From: Podarcis bocagei | Taxonomy: Eukaryota | Length of the DNA stretch: 64,000 nucleotides | Assembly (NCBI GenBank): GCA_964188305.1 | Contig: OZ076885.1 | Strand: one strand, 5' to 3' | Part shown: in pieces, positions 1 through 14,559 of the stretch | How positions within the stretch are numbered: position 1 is the stretch's first letter | Layout: each line of letters begins with the position of its first letter | Notes under the pieces: generated by a model | What the model was told of the DNA's origin: nothing | The model's database searches: none | What the model saw: the letters and a program-made list of their open reading frames with translations, nothing else | Program-made: the position numbers and the translations under genes

Positions 1-287
1 GTAGTGACTTTCCACCATGCTTTCTTTGATAAAGGCATTATAACTCATCCCCTAGTGTATTACCTAGAAATAACTTCCAGTAAAATCAGTGGGATGTACT
101 TCCACTTAATGTGCTTAGCATTTATAGAAATTGAGGTTATAGTCCTATACATACTTGCTTTCGAGCTGAACTCAATGTGACTTACTTCTGAACAGACATG
201 CATAGGACTGCAATGTGAATAGTGCTGAAGTATAGAGAGGGAAACCAGTTTATTTCAAATGAACATTTTAGAAGTGATAGCTGAGAA

Positions 288-405
288 CAGGCTAGGGAAC
301 CTGTGGCCCTCCAGATGTCTTTGGCTCCAGCTCATATCAGCCCCAACTAGCATGGATGATTGGGATGATTGAAGATTGTGGTGGTCACAAGTTCCACATC
401 CTTTG
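288..405. mobile_element. Degenerate palindromic hAT MITE
   Basis: gggaacctgtggccctccagatg...ggtcacaagttcc; same family as 32762 and 58078. Confidence 0.6.
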
Positions 406-578
406 CCTAGAATAATGAAGTAATTATGTGCTAGTTTTGCTGTGCGCAATTTGAACGCGCCATTGTGAATCACTATTATTCAAGACCATTATTAGGATAG
501 GACTGCTGGCATACTGCTTTGGATTTGGGGGTGCAGAAAAATACTGGTAGGGTTCTCCCCCTCCTTGCCCTGGCGACT

Positions 579-579
579 A

Positions 580-620
<41 letters not shown>
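579..620. repeat. (TAG)n microsatellite
   Basis: Direct reading. Confidence 0.95.
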
Positions 621-3600
621 ATATCCTGCCTATCTGACTGGGTTGCCCCAGCCACTAATTATTTTTTTCCAATTTACACACCAAATTAATAAAATTAGAG
701 TATATTGACGGGGATTCATGCTGTCCACAACTTTGCCTATTCATTAGCTTGCCTTTTCTATGAAGCTTTCCCCATTCCAAATCAACTAAGGTGGGAGAGG
801 AGAATGGGGTAATGGTTACTCAGCCACAAATGGAACAGATCAGGAAGAAGAGTCACGAAAACAAATGAAGTGTGGCATTGTGCCCCTGGTGTGCACATAC
901 TGTACTTTCAGTGAACAGAGTAGAGGTGAACAGGAAAAACGCGTTGCTCAAAATCCCTAGCCCAGAATGCTTCTTCCATTCTTCCATTATTATAGGATTT
1001 TTTGAAATGTTTTAAATCATGAGTTTCATTAAGAATAAGTCCACACATAGAATGAGGTGTCTGCATTCAACACCTTCTAAACAGTGAACATTAACAGGTG
1101 TATCCTTAACCTGAAATTATTTAGATTACTTTTCTGCAACGCAACACCTGTGAGATTCCATTTAAATGGGGGGGTGCAACTGTTTGCCCTCAAAATTCCA
1201 GTATTGCTCCCCCCCCAATAAAAAATAAAAAATCTCTGGTGTTGCTAAATCCCTCTGTATTTTTCCCCTGTCCCTGCATATGTTTGTCAGTGAAGCCAGC
1301 TCAAGTCTTCTCTGTAGGATCAGTCCAGTGAACCATTAAGTTAAATTTATTCCAATCTTCCCTTGAGTCAAAGCTGAATGTTGAATTTACAGTAACTGTG
1401 CCTGAAGACAGTCAATAAAAATGAAAAAAGCAACAGTAAGATTCTTAAATGGAGAGCAACCTAAAAAAAATGGCAAAGATTGAAAGAAGCCTCTCTAGAA
1501 AGGGGCAAAAGGGAGTGTGACTTCAAGAGCCATCTGGTTTATACATAGTTTGAATAATCCCTTCCAATTAAGATTAAAACCATTGTCATATAAAACATCT
1601 GTTCTGTGTTTTCAACATTTAGAAGAAGAAAACACCAGGGAATAATTTGAACCCATCCATCAGGATTTTATTTTATGCATTCAGAACTTATATTTGGTTT
1701 CTTAAGGTGATGCTGCCAAGTATGTTCAACAATGCTTATTATCTTAGCAGTATCAAACAAATAAGGTTTTTATTTCAATGTATTTTTCACCTTGGTGGGG
1801 TGGGATATTTACAGCTATCATAGTGAACTGGGCTGCCAGTGGGGGAAAACCTAATCCAATAACTCATTTTATATACAGATGAATAGGAACAGAGGTTTAT
1901 CACAGTGAAGCCCCATGCAAAACTGAACTATTCAGCAGGGCAAAGAGTGTTTTATTCTAAATCCAGACCACATTTTAAGATTACTAACCCAAGCATAATG
2001 TGGCAAATGTTTGATGAACACACCACCATTATTGTCATATTTCGTTGGACATTGAATTGAATTGCCTGACCCTGCTCTTTTTTTCTTTCTTTTGTAAGAA
2101 ATTTGTGTGCTTGTTTACAAAAAAAAAGGAGGAAAGATTTTTTTTACCTACCGTACCTCTTCTTTCTGCTATCCAGCAAATGATAAAAGCCTTGTTAGTG
2201 TTTCTGCTTTGCATTCACAAAAATGTGCCATGGAAACTTACATACCTATTTGTCTGGCAGCAAAACATTATACTGCAAGGTAATGATTCACCCAGGGTTA
2301 GGCTGCTAGGGAACAACCCGAAGTTCCTTGGGAGGGTGACTGAGGGGCTGCTGCAGACTTTCTGCTTCACCAACAGAAACTGAGTGAAGAAGGTAATTGC
2401 TGGAGACTTCCATGGTGCAGCAGTAAAAAGTTCTGCGGCCTGTGGTGCTCTAACAATAGTAGGAAAACAAAAAGGGCATTTCAGGGGTGAATCAGAGACC
2501 TTTGATCCACTGGATCAAAATCCCTCCTGTTCCCCTGACATACCCCCAAGAAGGGAGAAATACTATGCTGGCAGATTTATTTTCTCATGCACTGGAACCA
2601 AAGGAGGGGATTTTAAGAATAAAACAGAGATGAAAAGGGTGGAAAAGATACCACATCACTGACGGGCCCAGCAGGGCTTTGCCTACTGTCAGGCCCGAGT
2701 CAGGTCTGGGCAGGCAGCAACCGGATCTCTGACAGCTCCAATGGGGCTGTGTTGGCTGAAGTGTTCTCCTCTGCAGGCAGCTACAGGAGATGTCATTTCT
2801 GCTGGGAGCTAGAGCTAACTGAAGCCTTATACAGGCTGACAAGACATGGAGTATGGTAGTTCCTTGGAGCAGCTGGCTGGCTGTTTAAAGGCTCTTCACT
2901 ATTTTGTAGTCTTTTGACTTCTATGAGGTTGGGAGACAGGTTCTTCTAGGGACTCATCCTCTGAGTCAGAGCTCTGTCTTCCAGATAGGAAGGCCCTCAA
3001 TAAGGCACTTGTAGTTCTCCCAAGGAAGCAGTCTGAACATCTTCCTCATCAGAGCCCTCCATGATGTACTGCAAGGTCATAGGTCATGACAGGCTTAGAA
3101 AGTGGTGCTTCCTCTGTTATGGAATCTCCCCTCCCCCTCTAACATTGCTCTGTCCATAGTCTTAATTAGGAGCAGTGACTAAGTGATTAAGGGCCAGCTG
3201 AGACAATCTGGAAATGCTATGTGCCGAATAAGGCAGTGGGGACCCACCTGTAAGTCTGTTACTACATGAGTGTCGTGGCTGTTCACCAGTAATGCCATGT
3301 TTTGCTAATTAATCAGTTAAAAACTTTTGACAAATTGAAAAGCTGTTTCCAATTAATCAGGGAGCAGATTTTAATTCTTTCAACAATTATTTTATGTGAT
3401 ATGTTTAAAAATCCATAGGTGCCTTCTTAGAAGAACAAAGGGTGCCTGATGCAACAAATGTGTACATAATCTAAAAACAAATAATCCATTTTTTTCTGTC
3501 TGACCTGCTACTTTAGATGCAAATATATGCAAATTAAAATTCATTAAAACTCAGTTGATCACCTATGATTTATGTATTCAAATGACAGGCCTCGTACATA

Positions 3601-4440
3601 TGCACTGTTACTGAGGTACCAGCTTACCCTCATCCAGAGTATAGCCACCAGTGCAGGGTTGGAGAACCTTGGGCACAGGGACTGAATGTGGTCCTCAAGA
3701 CCTCTCAGTCTGCTCCTCCATATTTGCTATTTACTTCAGTCTTAGTTAAGAACCTGAAGGTGGCACATGACTTCGTTTTCCCCAGTATTTCACTGGTCAC
3801 CTTCGCCATTCTCCAATATTTCACTGAATTGTGTAAAGTTTGAATGCAACATATGCATTTTCATTTATTGTTGCAATCTGAATGTAAAGCTATAGTATTT
3901 GAACATGAACTATTATTTGCTTCCTGCTAAAGGTTCTGAGGACTTTGCAAGAGAGGCTCACACAGACTTCCTTATCTTAGTCTGATGTTTACAGCAATAT
4001 GTGGCGTAAAAGAAGAAAAAGTAGCAAAGCATCATGCCATATGGACATCCCCAACCTTAAAACAATTCCATGATAATCTTAATGAGCTGCTATTCTAGGG
4101 CCGTAGTTGCAAAGCCTTTCTTTCCTAAAGAACATTTACAAATTGTGCAAGCATATCATCCCAAGCTGTGTAGCGCATGTATGTGCACAGGCTGCCTACA
4201 TCAATCCAAAAATCAGCAGAGTCAGGTTGTAGATGTGGTTGTCTATTAAGGATTCCTATTGTGCCACAATCTGCCCAAGCAATCTGGAACACTAAAAGGT
4301 GCATGTCATCTAAACACAGAGAAACAGATTTTCTTTCAGCTACTATAACTGCATGTTTCCAGTTACTGTTGTGGTCTCTTCCACCTGTTGTAAAACAACT
4401 AGATTTCTTTTGGTCTAAAGGACCATACATATACGTACCG

Positions 4441-4565
4441 TAGGTTTTTAAGCAGAGGTTGGAAGGCCATCTGTCATGGATGCTTTAGTTGAGATTCTTG
4501 CATTGCAGAGGATTGGACTAGATGACCCTTGTGATCCCTTCCAACTACAATTCAATGATTCCATA
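4441..4565 (+). mobile_element. CR1 3' end fragment
   Basis: ttttaagcagaggttgga...ggactagatgaccctt...cccttccaactacaattcaatgattc. Confidence 0.75.
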
Positions 4566-6443
4566 ATTATCTGGACATTTTCTCTTCTCCTTTGGCAGCA
4601 ACAAAACCAACTGAATCTCTCCCTCCCTCCTATATCCTTCTTTCCTACCTAAGAGACCTAGACCAGGAAGGAGGTTTCACAAGTCCATATTTATTTTAAT
4701 TCAAACAGCTCCTGGATCCCAAAGTATTTTGAGATTTCTGTATTCAAGAAATCAATGAGGCCTCATAAAACTAAGTAAAGTGGAACTGTGTTTAATGTGG
4801 AATGCGGGGATGCTGCCCAAAATAGCATATTTGTATGATTTCTTCTCCCCCTGTAGCATGTATCCCTTACCCCATATCTGGACATCCATCACTTTCCCTG
4901 CCTCCACATTATCAACACATGGTAAGTGATCTAATGCATTATAAGAAAAATGGAGATTCATCATGGAGTGGCGTTTTTTGTTACCATTCCTACACATTAT
5001 GCATATAGGCTTGGTGACAGAAACAATCGCTGCATGTTAAGCTACATGCTGTGTAGGATCACTTAAGATGTGTCAACAATGTGGAACAGAGAAGGGGAAT
5101 GTGATGTTGACAGGGCACAGGGTGGGTGTCCATACAAAGACAATAAGATATCATGCAAAAATACCTTTGGCAGCATCCCAGTCTCCTGCATAAGATATAT
5201 CTGAACATTTTTAGGAGGACGTTTTTCTGCTTATAAAGGAGTAGCTTTAATTATTCAAATGTTTGGATAGCTCTCTGGCCTGGTACACAAAGGCAGGGAT
5301 GGACAAAAGTGACTGGTGCCATCTGTTTTAATAGGAGGGAAAATACAACTCATAAAACTACGCAGGAAACTTTTTGTAAACTGCACAGAGAACATTACAT
5401 CCTGCCCTTTCCTATTCACCCAGGTGGGCATCACAACAATACTGAACAATGTGCAGTTTAAATTCAACACGTGGAGAGAGAGGAGTTGACAGGACTCCGT
5501 TTTCCACCCCCACCCTAGGTTGTAGACATAAGTTAATCATCATTCTCTATCTTTCTCACTTTTCTGCTCTCTGAATTTCATAGTGACTAAAACTGGCTTT
5601 CATCCAAGCCTGATGGGCAGAAGTTTCCTAACAGAAATGGCAGTTTGGTTCATATTCAGTGAAGATGTGTGCTTTGTTTAAATCATCCTGGTAGTGTTGA
5701 ATGTTGTGAATTTTGCTGTTGCGTGTTAACAGTGTTTCCTTGCTCTGAATTTCTCGAGCTTTTCCCCTAATCTAACCAATTTTTTCCTACATAAAGAATA
5801 GATAAAATCAGTTTGTACTATAGAAGAAACATGTCTCTTTAAGAGAGTAGTGCTAATTCAGTCTCTCAATATTTTAACAAAACCCCTTCACAGGATAGTG
5901 CAGTATTGCCCATCCAGTGGTTTTATGGAGGAGGCTTACTGGAAAGGTGTGGTTAATCTGATTGCTGTGATGGACTTGAATAATACTCTGTCATTATGAG
6001 CAATGATTGGAACTAGAAGCAAATATATATGCTTACAGTCCAGATCTATGGAAATATTTCCCCTTACATTTCCATATTTAAATATGGAAAAAGAAAGTCT
6101 AGGACTGGAGTATCATCTTTTATAGTTTTTCTTTGGCTCAGTCTTCCATATTGATGTACGTAGATCAAACATAACGGTATAATATTGCAGAGAGTTGAGC
6201 GTCACAATAATAAAGGAGGCATGCCACCTACAGATAGGTGCCTCATGGAAAATCAAGTATCTTTTTCCACATGGGACTGACGTAAGAAGCACATCATTGT
6301 AGTTTAAAAGGCTCTACCAGTTTCTGTTAGCATTGTGGAGCAGCAGAGAGTGGAACCAGCACTTTGTGTTTCCCTGTTCTTGATTTTATTGTGAATCTAA
6401 CTGCACTCCACAACAGTGTGATAATTTCCCTGTGTTTCTACAG

Positions 6444-6580
6444 CATGGATAGGGAACCCATGGCTCTTCAGATATTGTTGGGCTACCACTCCTATCATCC
6501 TTTACCATTGACCATTCTGGGTGGGGCTAATGGGAGCAGGGGTTCAACAACATCTGGAAGGTCTCATGTTCTCCTTCCCA
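6444..6580. mobile_element. Degenerate palindromic hAT MITE
   Basis: ggaacccatggctcttcagatattgttg...caacaacatctggaagg inverted arms. Confidence 0.6.
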
Positions 6581-8308
6581 GTTTTATATATTTGCTCTTA
6601 AATCAGCTACCTATTTCTCCCAACCCTTTTATTGTTTGCCTTTGCTCCGGTTCACATAAATGTTCCCTCCTCCTTTTATTGAATGCAAACATGTGGTCGC
6701 TTTGTGAAAAGCTGTTAAAGAAAATGAATAAAACTTAGTAATGAGGGAATTTATTACAGAAATAAGGAGACACAAACATATTTCTGGAAATGGTACCAAC
6801 ACATTTACCTGAGAAATATTATATTCTCAAGGCTTGACTTTTATCCGATGTTACTCACGCATATGTGTGAGTATTAACTTGCAGCCTTTTTAAAAAAAAT
6901 GCATATTATAAAACAGTACTTGGATTAACATTGGAGAAGGAGACTGTCATCCTATACAAACTTACCTGGGGGAGAAAGCCCCACTGAACTCAAAATTCTC
7001 TTTTGAGCATTCTGTTACAAATAAATGAAAGCCTGATGCTTCTGGCAAGCCTACAAGCAGGTCATGTAGGCAACAGTCCCTCAGCAACTGGTATCCAGTG
7101 GCAAATTGTCTTTAAACATAGAAGTTACTGCTAAGAACTATCTTAGCAGTGTTACTGAAAACAAACAAACACACACACATACCCCAGGACAGCTTTTAAA
7201 AAATGTTGTCCTTTGAACTACGTACTCCCTTCAAATGTTGCTGGTCTACAGTTCCCATCAGCTCTGTCTAACAGGGTCAGTGGTCAAGGATGATGGATAT
7301 GACCTAATCTTTTTGACCTACTCCTTTTGAAGGAGGATTCTAGATAACTTGCATGCATGATTCCATTTTGAACACTAACAATGCAGTCCTAAGGTTGGTG
7401 GGGAGACTGAAGTTACTTGAGCCAACAGGGCAGAAAAATGGACAAAAGAATGATCTTGTGTTTGTCCATTTCTGGGTTTAATTTATTTAATTTATATTTT
7501 CCTTCCTATTGGGAACAGTGGAGAGAGCAAGGGAGATTTAGGCATGCTTAGGAATTACAGGGGCATGTAAGGGGACTGGGATGACTATATCCTTCAGATC
7601 TTAGTGGTTTCCCATACCTTCCCCATGCACCCACATCAGTTGGGCCGGGGCATTGGAGGCTTCAGTGGCAGCGACAAGGAAGGGGAATCTGACATTGAAC
7701 TCCCTCTCCAACATAAGAGACCATAGGATTGCCTCATCATTAATCTAATACATTGTACTGCCCCAAACCTGCAGTATTATACATTTGTTAATATAGAGGG
7801 AGGCAGTTGCAAAGTTATTCCAGCAAGTAGCTCCACTAGAAGCAACCTTATGTCCTTGATCAACTTCATTGGAATTCCTCTGGCTATACTCCCACTGTGA
7901 TGGAGCCATAGCTTGAGTTCTACCTCAAGTGACATTTTAACAAATGAAAAAAGATGAAAAGGACAAAGAGTCTCTGCCTGGTAACAATATATGAGGGTCA
8001 AATAATACAAATGCTCCTTAAGCACCAGAGTTCAGGAGTGCTCTCCCCCTGACCCAAGCGGTTTTCGCTACTTCAGAGGATTAAGAGTTTAATAAGTTAT
8101 TGACAGGAGCTATGTCAGAAATTGATTTTTGTGTTAGCCCCTGTCTGAGGCATGGGGTCACAAATAATTGATGAGGAGGCTTTTGCAGTTTACTGTACTG
8201 TTCCTTAGATAAGAGTAGTTTCCCACAAAGCCACTAGAGGATCTAGAATTCAGCAAAATGCCAAAAGCTGCAACCAGAAAATGGAAACCCTGCTGGTTGC
8301 CCAAAATA

Positions 8309-8550
8309 TTCATTCATTTAATCATTAATTCATTCAAGTTGTGTACCACCCTTCATCCATAGATCTTGGATAAAATACAAGATGAAAATGCAAACTACAT
8401 GATAAAAATGGGGGAGCCACAAACCAATAAACCCACCTCTTCCCACAAGCACATTTAAAAGGGAATACGATGTTAATATCAGCCCAAGGCCTGGTTGAAG
8501 AGGAATGTTTTCGCCTGGTGCCTAAATGTATATAAGGAAGGCGCCTGTGC
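8309..8550 (-). mobile_element. L2-like 3' relic
   Basis: (ttca)n tail followed by a segment similar in style to the 32396 relic. Confidence 0.45.
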
Positions 8551-10447
8551 CCCTTAGCCAAGGGAAACCTTACACTGTCCTTAAAAACTTGTTGAGCTTT
8601 TAAGCGACATTGCATCCATTTTCTCAAAGCTTTCTTCATTGCTATAAGCACTTAATTTTTGCAAAAATATCCAAAATATGCAATTTTAGGAATGATCATG
8701 AAGCTTATAAGGCTTTGTTGTAGAAAGCTAGATGCTATGCCTTTGATGTCACTGTGGTCATGTAGATTTCTAGGAATTCTGCCACTTGACTTCGCTTATT
8801 TTTTGTAAATTTTCCCCTCAGCATTTAAGGGTACTTTCCTCTTTCCTTTGAATCTTTACGTTATTTTTTCCAAAAGTTGTATGAAGCATCTAGAGAAAGT
8901 TTTCCTCTGCTTTTGTAACATCTACCAGCCTTACTGCTGTAAGCAATTGATGGGTACTTTTAAAGCTTTGGTTTGGTGCTGTCAGTTACTAACTGACCAT
9001 CATATACACTGTCCGGGCATATCTTGTATCACACCCCCACCATTCAGTCCAAAACAGTCTAGTTTGATGCAGACATCCAGTTTGCCATTAGACAGCAAAT
9101 ATGGACATCTAGTGGTTGTGTGTTGCATTGTATGCAGACTATATTCTTTTAAAGGAGTTGAATTGAACCTGATTCTCTCAACTTTTTAAATGAACTACCT
9201 TTATTACCCATGCAATCCTAAATTATGACATTGAAATCCTTGACTCTGATGTATGTCAAGGCAGTCATAGTATTTTTTGCTATGCTGAAATCATATGAAT
9301 GAGCCAAACTCATAGTTCACCATGTAACTACTACAGAGTCTTCAAAAAATGTAACTTAAGCAACTAAAACCAGCTAAGCTAATGGACATCCTGGTTTGTT
9401 CAGGGTGCCTTATGATCCCTTAGATATACACTCCAAGGAAGTTTCAAGTCTGTGATGAAAATACGAGGCTAGGGATGGGTGGCTCAGGTCTGTTTCTTGT
9501 CTATGTCACTTTTACATGTGTTCGTTCAGAAATCCATTCCATCACATTTCCATATTAATCTGTGAATTTTAATGCATAATTAAATATGTTTTCCTTAAAG
9601 TACTTAATTTTAACCATATTATCTCTCAAAATGTGCATTTTTAAAATGCATATTGGTGAATTTTGAGACAAGCACTGTGTCAGAGAAATGTGAAGTTCAG
9701 TTGATAATGGGGTTCCAATCCACATATTAATCCAGAGTTACAGATCAGCTCAGTTCATGTCAGATTTCATAAAGATCAAATTGCTCAAGCATCCCCCCGA
9801 GCCTCCCAGCACCATCGGGCAACAAAAGTGGGATTTGTTCACAGAGGAATGTGCTCTGTGCTGATTCCAAGGACCAGTTTAGCAGCCAATTCCAGATACT
9901 ATCAAAGCACTAAAAAACCCCTCTAGGCATAAAGATAGGTCAGGAAGTAGTTTGGTTTGCAGCTCCCCAGGGAGTTATACTGGCTTCACAGTTTGAGAGC
10001 CATTTTGTTCCTTGGTAGTCCTTCAGCTTTTGGGGATGGCTAAGGAAGATGGGAAGTAATATATGCAGAGAGACAAGATCTTAAGTGCATTTGCTGTAGA
10101 AATGGTAAGAAAACATTGATCTTAATGATACCTAGTCAGTGTTATGAATAAAGGACTAATCAATCTTCTGCTACATTCCTTCTCACCCAGCTACAGAGTG
10201 ATCTTTTGCATAAGACCTTTCATGGGAAGATCCACAGAAAATAGTGAAGGAGAGAGAGCAGTCAGTAAACACATCCTTATGCAGTTGGGTACATGGATCA
10301 GGAATCCAGAAGCAACTGAGTGGGATGCTGAGCAAACAGTACCTGCCCTAAACTATTGTGAACATCAAACAGCATAGACACAGGCCAAAAAGAAAGAAAA
10401 AGTTTGCCAAGATTTGGTAAAAAGAGTAACAAGGAAGCAGTGAAACT

Positions 10448-10545
10448 TAGAATCATAGAACTGTGGAGTTGGAAGAGACCCCAGGGTCATCTAGTCCAAC
10501 CCCTTGCAATGCAAGAATCTCAGCTAGATCATACATGATGGATGT
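10448..10545 (-). mobile_element. CR1 3' end fragment
   Basis: agaatcatagaactgtggagttggaagagaccccagggtcatctagtccaacccc. Confidence 0.75.
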
Positions 10546-10703
10546 AGGCTATTGATTCTTTTCAATACAGCTTCTTGCTGGGGGTGCCAATACAACTCCT
10601 TGCCAAGGATGTAAGGGACCCTAGGTAGGTCTCTGCCAAAGGCAGACCTTTCTTGAATGGCACAGCCATTACCTTTATCATTAGCCAGCTGTGTGGACTA
10701 CAC

Positions 10704-10826
10704 CAGGGGTGTCTAACCTGTGGTCCTCCAGAGGTTGTTGGACTATAGCTCCCATTAGCCCTAGCCAGCTTGGCCAGTAGTTGGGAGATGCAGTCCAACA
10801 ACTGAAGGGCTGCAAGTTAGTCCCTG
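10704..10826. mobile_element. Palindromic hAT MITE
   Basis: CAGGGG...CCCTG ends; gttgttggactatagctccca / tgggagatgcagtccaacaac arms. Confidence 0.7.
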
Positions 10827-12071
10827 TAGGCTACACACAGACTGGTAAGAGAATAATAAAGGCTGAAGCACACCACACTTCAGCACTGCAGACATCAACA
10901 GTGCTTATCATTAGAGCTGAAGATATGTACCCCCCAAATCAATATATACCATATTTGCTGTTGCAAACATCTATCTGAGAGTAATTATGGTGTAAAATAT
11001 ATTATCTTGTTGTAAGGGCTTAGATTGACTTTTCCTTTTCCTTTCATTGCTTCAGTTCTATTATTTATGGAAAGTTTATATTTAATGTTATTTTTGTTTT
11101 AACCATAGGACATAACAAGGCAGAACAGAAATATAGACAGAACACTGGCTGCCACTTCGTATCCATGCAGATTTGTCTTAGCCTTCCTGTTTTTTTTTAA
11201 AAAAGACTGCTCTTCCTTTGCAGTCAAAAACCCTGTACATTTGTTAAAAACTTAAAAGAGGAAGAGGCGAGGGTACACGAAGGGACTCTTGCCTCCTTAT
11301 AGATGTACCATTGAACAATATAGTAGGGGAGATCCTCAGCATTACCTCCTCACCGTGTTTTAGGTGTTGCATAAATTACATTTATAAAATGTGTTTCTGA
11401 ATTTTGCCTTTTCCAGCACTCCCTTGCTGTTTTCTCTCCTTCATCTAATTCTTAGATGGCAAACTCTTATACCAAGTGCCTGCTTTATTTAATTCTGTAA
11501 TGCACCATTTACACTGGTGGCACTATTTAGCTAACAGTGATAATAATAATCATTGTTTTCCCTCCCGTGGGGAGTAGTAGATGTCTCATGGGCTCCATCA
11601 TTTTAAAAACTAGTGATCCTGCAATAAAGTATCCTTTCCCAGGAAAGAGATGAGAGATTCTTGGAGGCAGATTTAACATATAGTAATCAGAATCAGATGG
11701 TAACAGCATCTAACCACAAAGGGAAGGCTAGTCCAGGCATATGTTTAAGCAAGGATACCTCTGTTTTGTGCTTTGTTGCCCCATGTCTGAGCTCTAGCCA
11801 GGATGTGAAACCTACTTGGTTTTAACAGTGGAAAAAAACACTGAGCCCTCCCACTCTTTTGACTGAGAGCTGTATGAGTCCCATTTGCTTTGACCTACAG
11901 GTATGTGGCTGAATCCCATCTGAAGCAACATATTGGAAGCATCCACAGTGGAAACTATTAAACTGAACTATGTTTCTCATTACAAGAGCCAATGTTATAT
12001 GAAAATTCCCTGTGCCTTGTTGTAGGTGACTCACTTTTCCTCTTTTCTGTTTCAATTTTCTCCCCTTACAG

Positions 12072-12318
12072 CTGTCTGGAGGATGTGAACTAACTGTGGT
12101 ACTACAAGACTTTATAGCCAGCCATAGTAGTGAGCTGAGTATCCAGGTGGGGCAAACAGTGGAGTTACTGGAAAGGCCAAGTGAAAGGCCCGGCTGGTGT
12201 TTGGTACGGACAACAGAGCGGAGTCCTCCTCAGGAAGGGCTGGTCCCCAGCAGTGCTCTCTGTATCTCACATTCCCGGAGCAGTGTGGAGATGGACTGTT
12301 TCTTTCCTTCAGGAAAAG
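12072..12318 (+). CDS. KALRN: KALRN internal exon encoding first SH3 domain (LSGGCELTVVLQDFIASHSSELSIQVGQTVELLERPSERPGWCLVRTTERSPPQEGLVPSSALCISHSRSSVEMDCFFPSGK), phase 0-1
   Basis: Polypyrimidine tract and ttacag acceptor ending 12071; donor AAG|gtaggc at 12319. Peptide matches the kalirin SH3-1 region as recalled, rather than TRIO. Confidence 0.96.
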
Positions 12319-13330
12319 GTAGGCAGAAATTGAACAGGGCTGATATTCCCTCCTCTGTTATGTCAGTAGCTAAAATGAAGGGAAGATAAAAGTACAGATT
12401 TTCATAATTTGAGCTGCCAGCCTGCTGTGGAAGTGTGCTATCTGCACTTTTGATGTGCATACTTATCTTTTCACCTGCATCAGCCAGGAGAGGGTGGGGG
12501 AAGGAAGGGACCTGTTTTTCCTGCTTGAGTGGAAACCCAATTACATACTGTTTAGCCAGACATTGTATCTGCTATAAAACAATTCCTTCTCTGCATAATG
12601 CTGATTGGATGGCTTTTGAGTCATTCCGAAAATCACCTTCTCCCAGTATATAGGGTTTTCAAGGGTGTTTAAAAAAATAAATTGGGGGAATATTTAAAAA
12701 TAAAGCACCAAACTTCTGTTTTTGAAACTTTTGATCAGGTGATCCAAAAAGCAATACCTAAAGCACCTGAGTCCTATCACATTATAGCAGTTAGCTGGGA
12801 AGGATAGTTTTGTTAAGCAATTCACCTTAGCATCATTTCTTCTAAGAAAACCCTTGGGCTTTTGCCTGAGCTGGACAATCACAAATATAGTCTAGGTGGA
12901 GAATGCCTAGTTGGATTTCGTTTGCTGCTGTCATATATTGTCTGTTTTTATGTTTTTATGTTATATTGTTTTAAATGTTATAATTCACTTCGTGTGTTCA
13001 TGGACAGAAAAGTGGAGTAAGAAAAACCCAATAAAGGTCAAGCAAGTAACATGCTTAAACCTCAGGGAAGAGGGTAACAGAGACAAACAACTATTACTCT
13101 GGAGCCAGGTGTCAACAGAGAAGCAAAGGCAGTGAAAAGAAGTAGTGAAAAGAACTGACATCCCTTAATCTTAGTGAACAGGCAAACAGAAGAATGTAGG
13201 CAGTTTTCACTGTCTGCATTTTTCTGAAGATATTGACTAAGTAATTAGAAATTTATCTAAAAACTAGACAAAGGGACAGAAGAAGGCATTCAGCATTCTG
13301 GGATTTGTTCTATAAAAGGGAGGGATCTTA

Positions 13331-13528
13331 GGCTCAATACACACTATGCAATACATACCATGCATTTAAAGCACCCCTCCCCCCCAAAAAAAAAGAATAC
13401 CGGGAACTGTAGTTTTTAAATGGGTGTTGGAAATGGTAGCTCTGTGATGAGTAAACTACAGTTCCCAGGGTTCTTGGTGGCATGTGTATGCTTTTCATGT
13501 ACTTTAAATGCATGGTGGGTATGTAGCC
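13331..13528. mobile_element. Palindromic Harbinger-like MITE
   Basis: accatgcatttaaag / ctttaaatgcatggt and gggaactgtagttt / aaactacagttccc inverted arms. Confidence 0.6.
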
Positions 13529-14559
13529 ACTGCTTGTGATGTATGCACTTATTCCACTTTCACCTCTGGTAAACAGATTGCACATTTTTTTGTATTGCTT
13601 AAAAATCTACTTCACAGGTCCAAAATCTGATCCACAGGCCCAATGGTGAGCTTATGCAATTGGTTTGGTGCAGGGATACCAAACAAGGATGTCAAAAATG
13701 CCAAAGTGATCAATTCTGGTGCTTTATTTAAAAAAGGTGTAAATTTACAACACAGCCTGCAGAGCCTTGCTGCCTTTATAGACTTGGGACAGACACAGAA
13801 ACAGCAAGCATTCTAGATTTGAAAGCTAGGAGCTGAATGGCACCTTAAACCTAGGTTATGGGTACAACAATAGAATGTCTAGACACACTTTTTTATAACA
13901 AGAATACAAAGCTGAAAATGAATGAACTGAAGCTAAAATATTACGTTCGTTTTTCACATGGTCTAGTCTTTCACCTGCCCACCCCCCTTATATTCTTAAG
14001 AGGGTCTCTTCTTAAGTTTTCAGAGAGTAGCTGGAAGTGGAGAGGCAGAAAAAGGTCCTCCTTTCCTTCCCCTCTACAGTTTTAATCTGAAATCTTAGGG
14101 GCAATACTGTTCTCAGAGCTCAGAAACTGCTTGCGCTAATGAAATTCCCTGTCGCAAAATGCGCCTAGCCCTAGAACAATGAGAGTTTTGAACACTGCCT
14201 GCCAATGAAGGCATAGGTGCAAGCCTCCAAGTCTTAGATTGCTCCCCTGCCTAGGCCAATAACCAAGTGCCCTAAGCCTACAGAGAAGCATAGCATCAAA
14301 GCAAGCCGGTTAGCATATATCAAAACAAGCACATAAACATAGGCAATTCATTCTTGCAGCAACTGCTAATTAGTCTCAGGGTTATCTTGACTACCAATAT
14401 GGCATTTACAGTTTTTCTAGAATGTTTTCACCATTTAGTTCTACACCATTTAGTTCTACACAGTGAAAGAAAAGGAAACTGCATCTACAAAAAGCAGAGC
14501 CTTTTTCAACTGTTAAAAGCATTTTTCAACTCCTAAAAACTATTGCTGTGATCTAACCC

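Noticed and set aside
2300-3091. Possible degenerate Gypsy LTR ending ggtcatgaca
   Set aside because: The second terminus and TSD could not be identified; too decayed to support.
5540-5682. Strong polypyrimidine tract + TAG at 5583 followed by a short frame ending ...FIFSEDVCFV*, resembling a PDZ-type terminal exon
   Set aside because: The intron here is phase 0, so the first codon would be TGA. The attractive peptide needs phase 1, and there is no other support.
1-12071. Kalirin-7 terminal exon (PDZ-binding ...STYV)
   Set aside because: No matching coding sequence found; it presumably lies upstream of the window.
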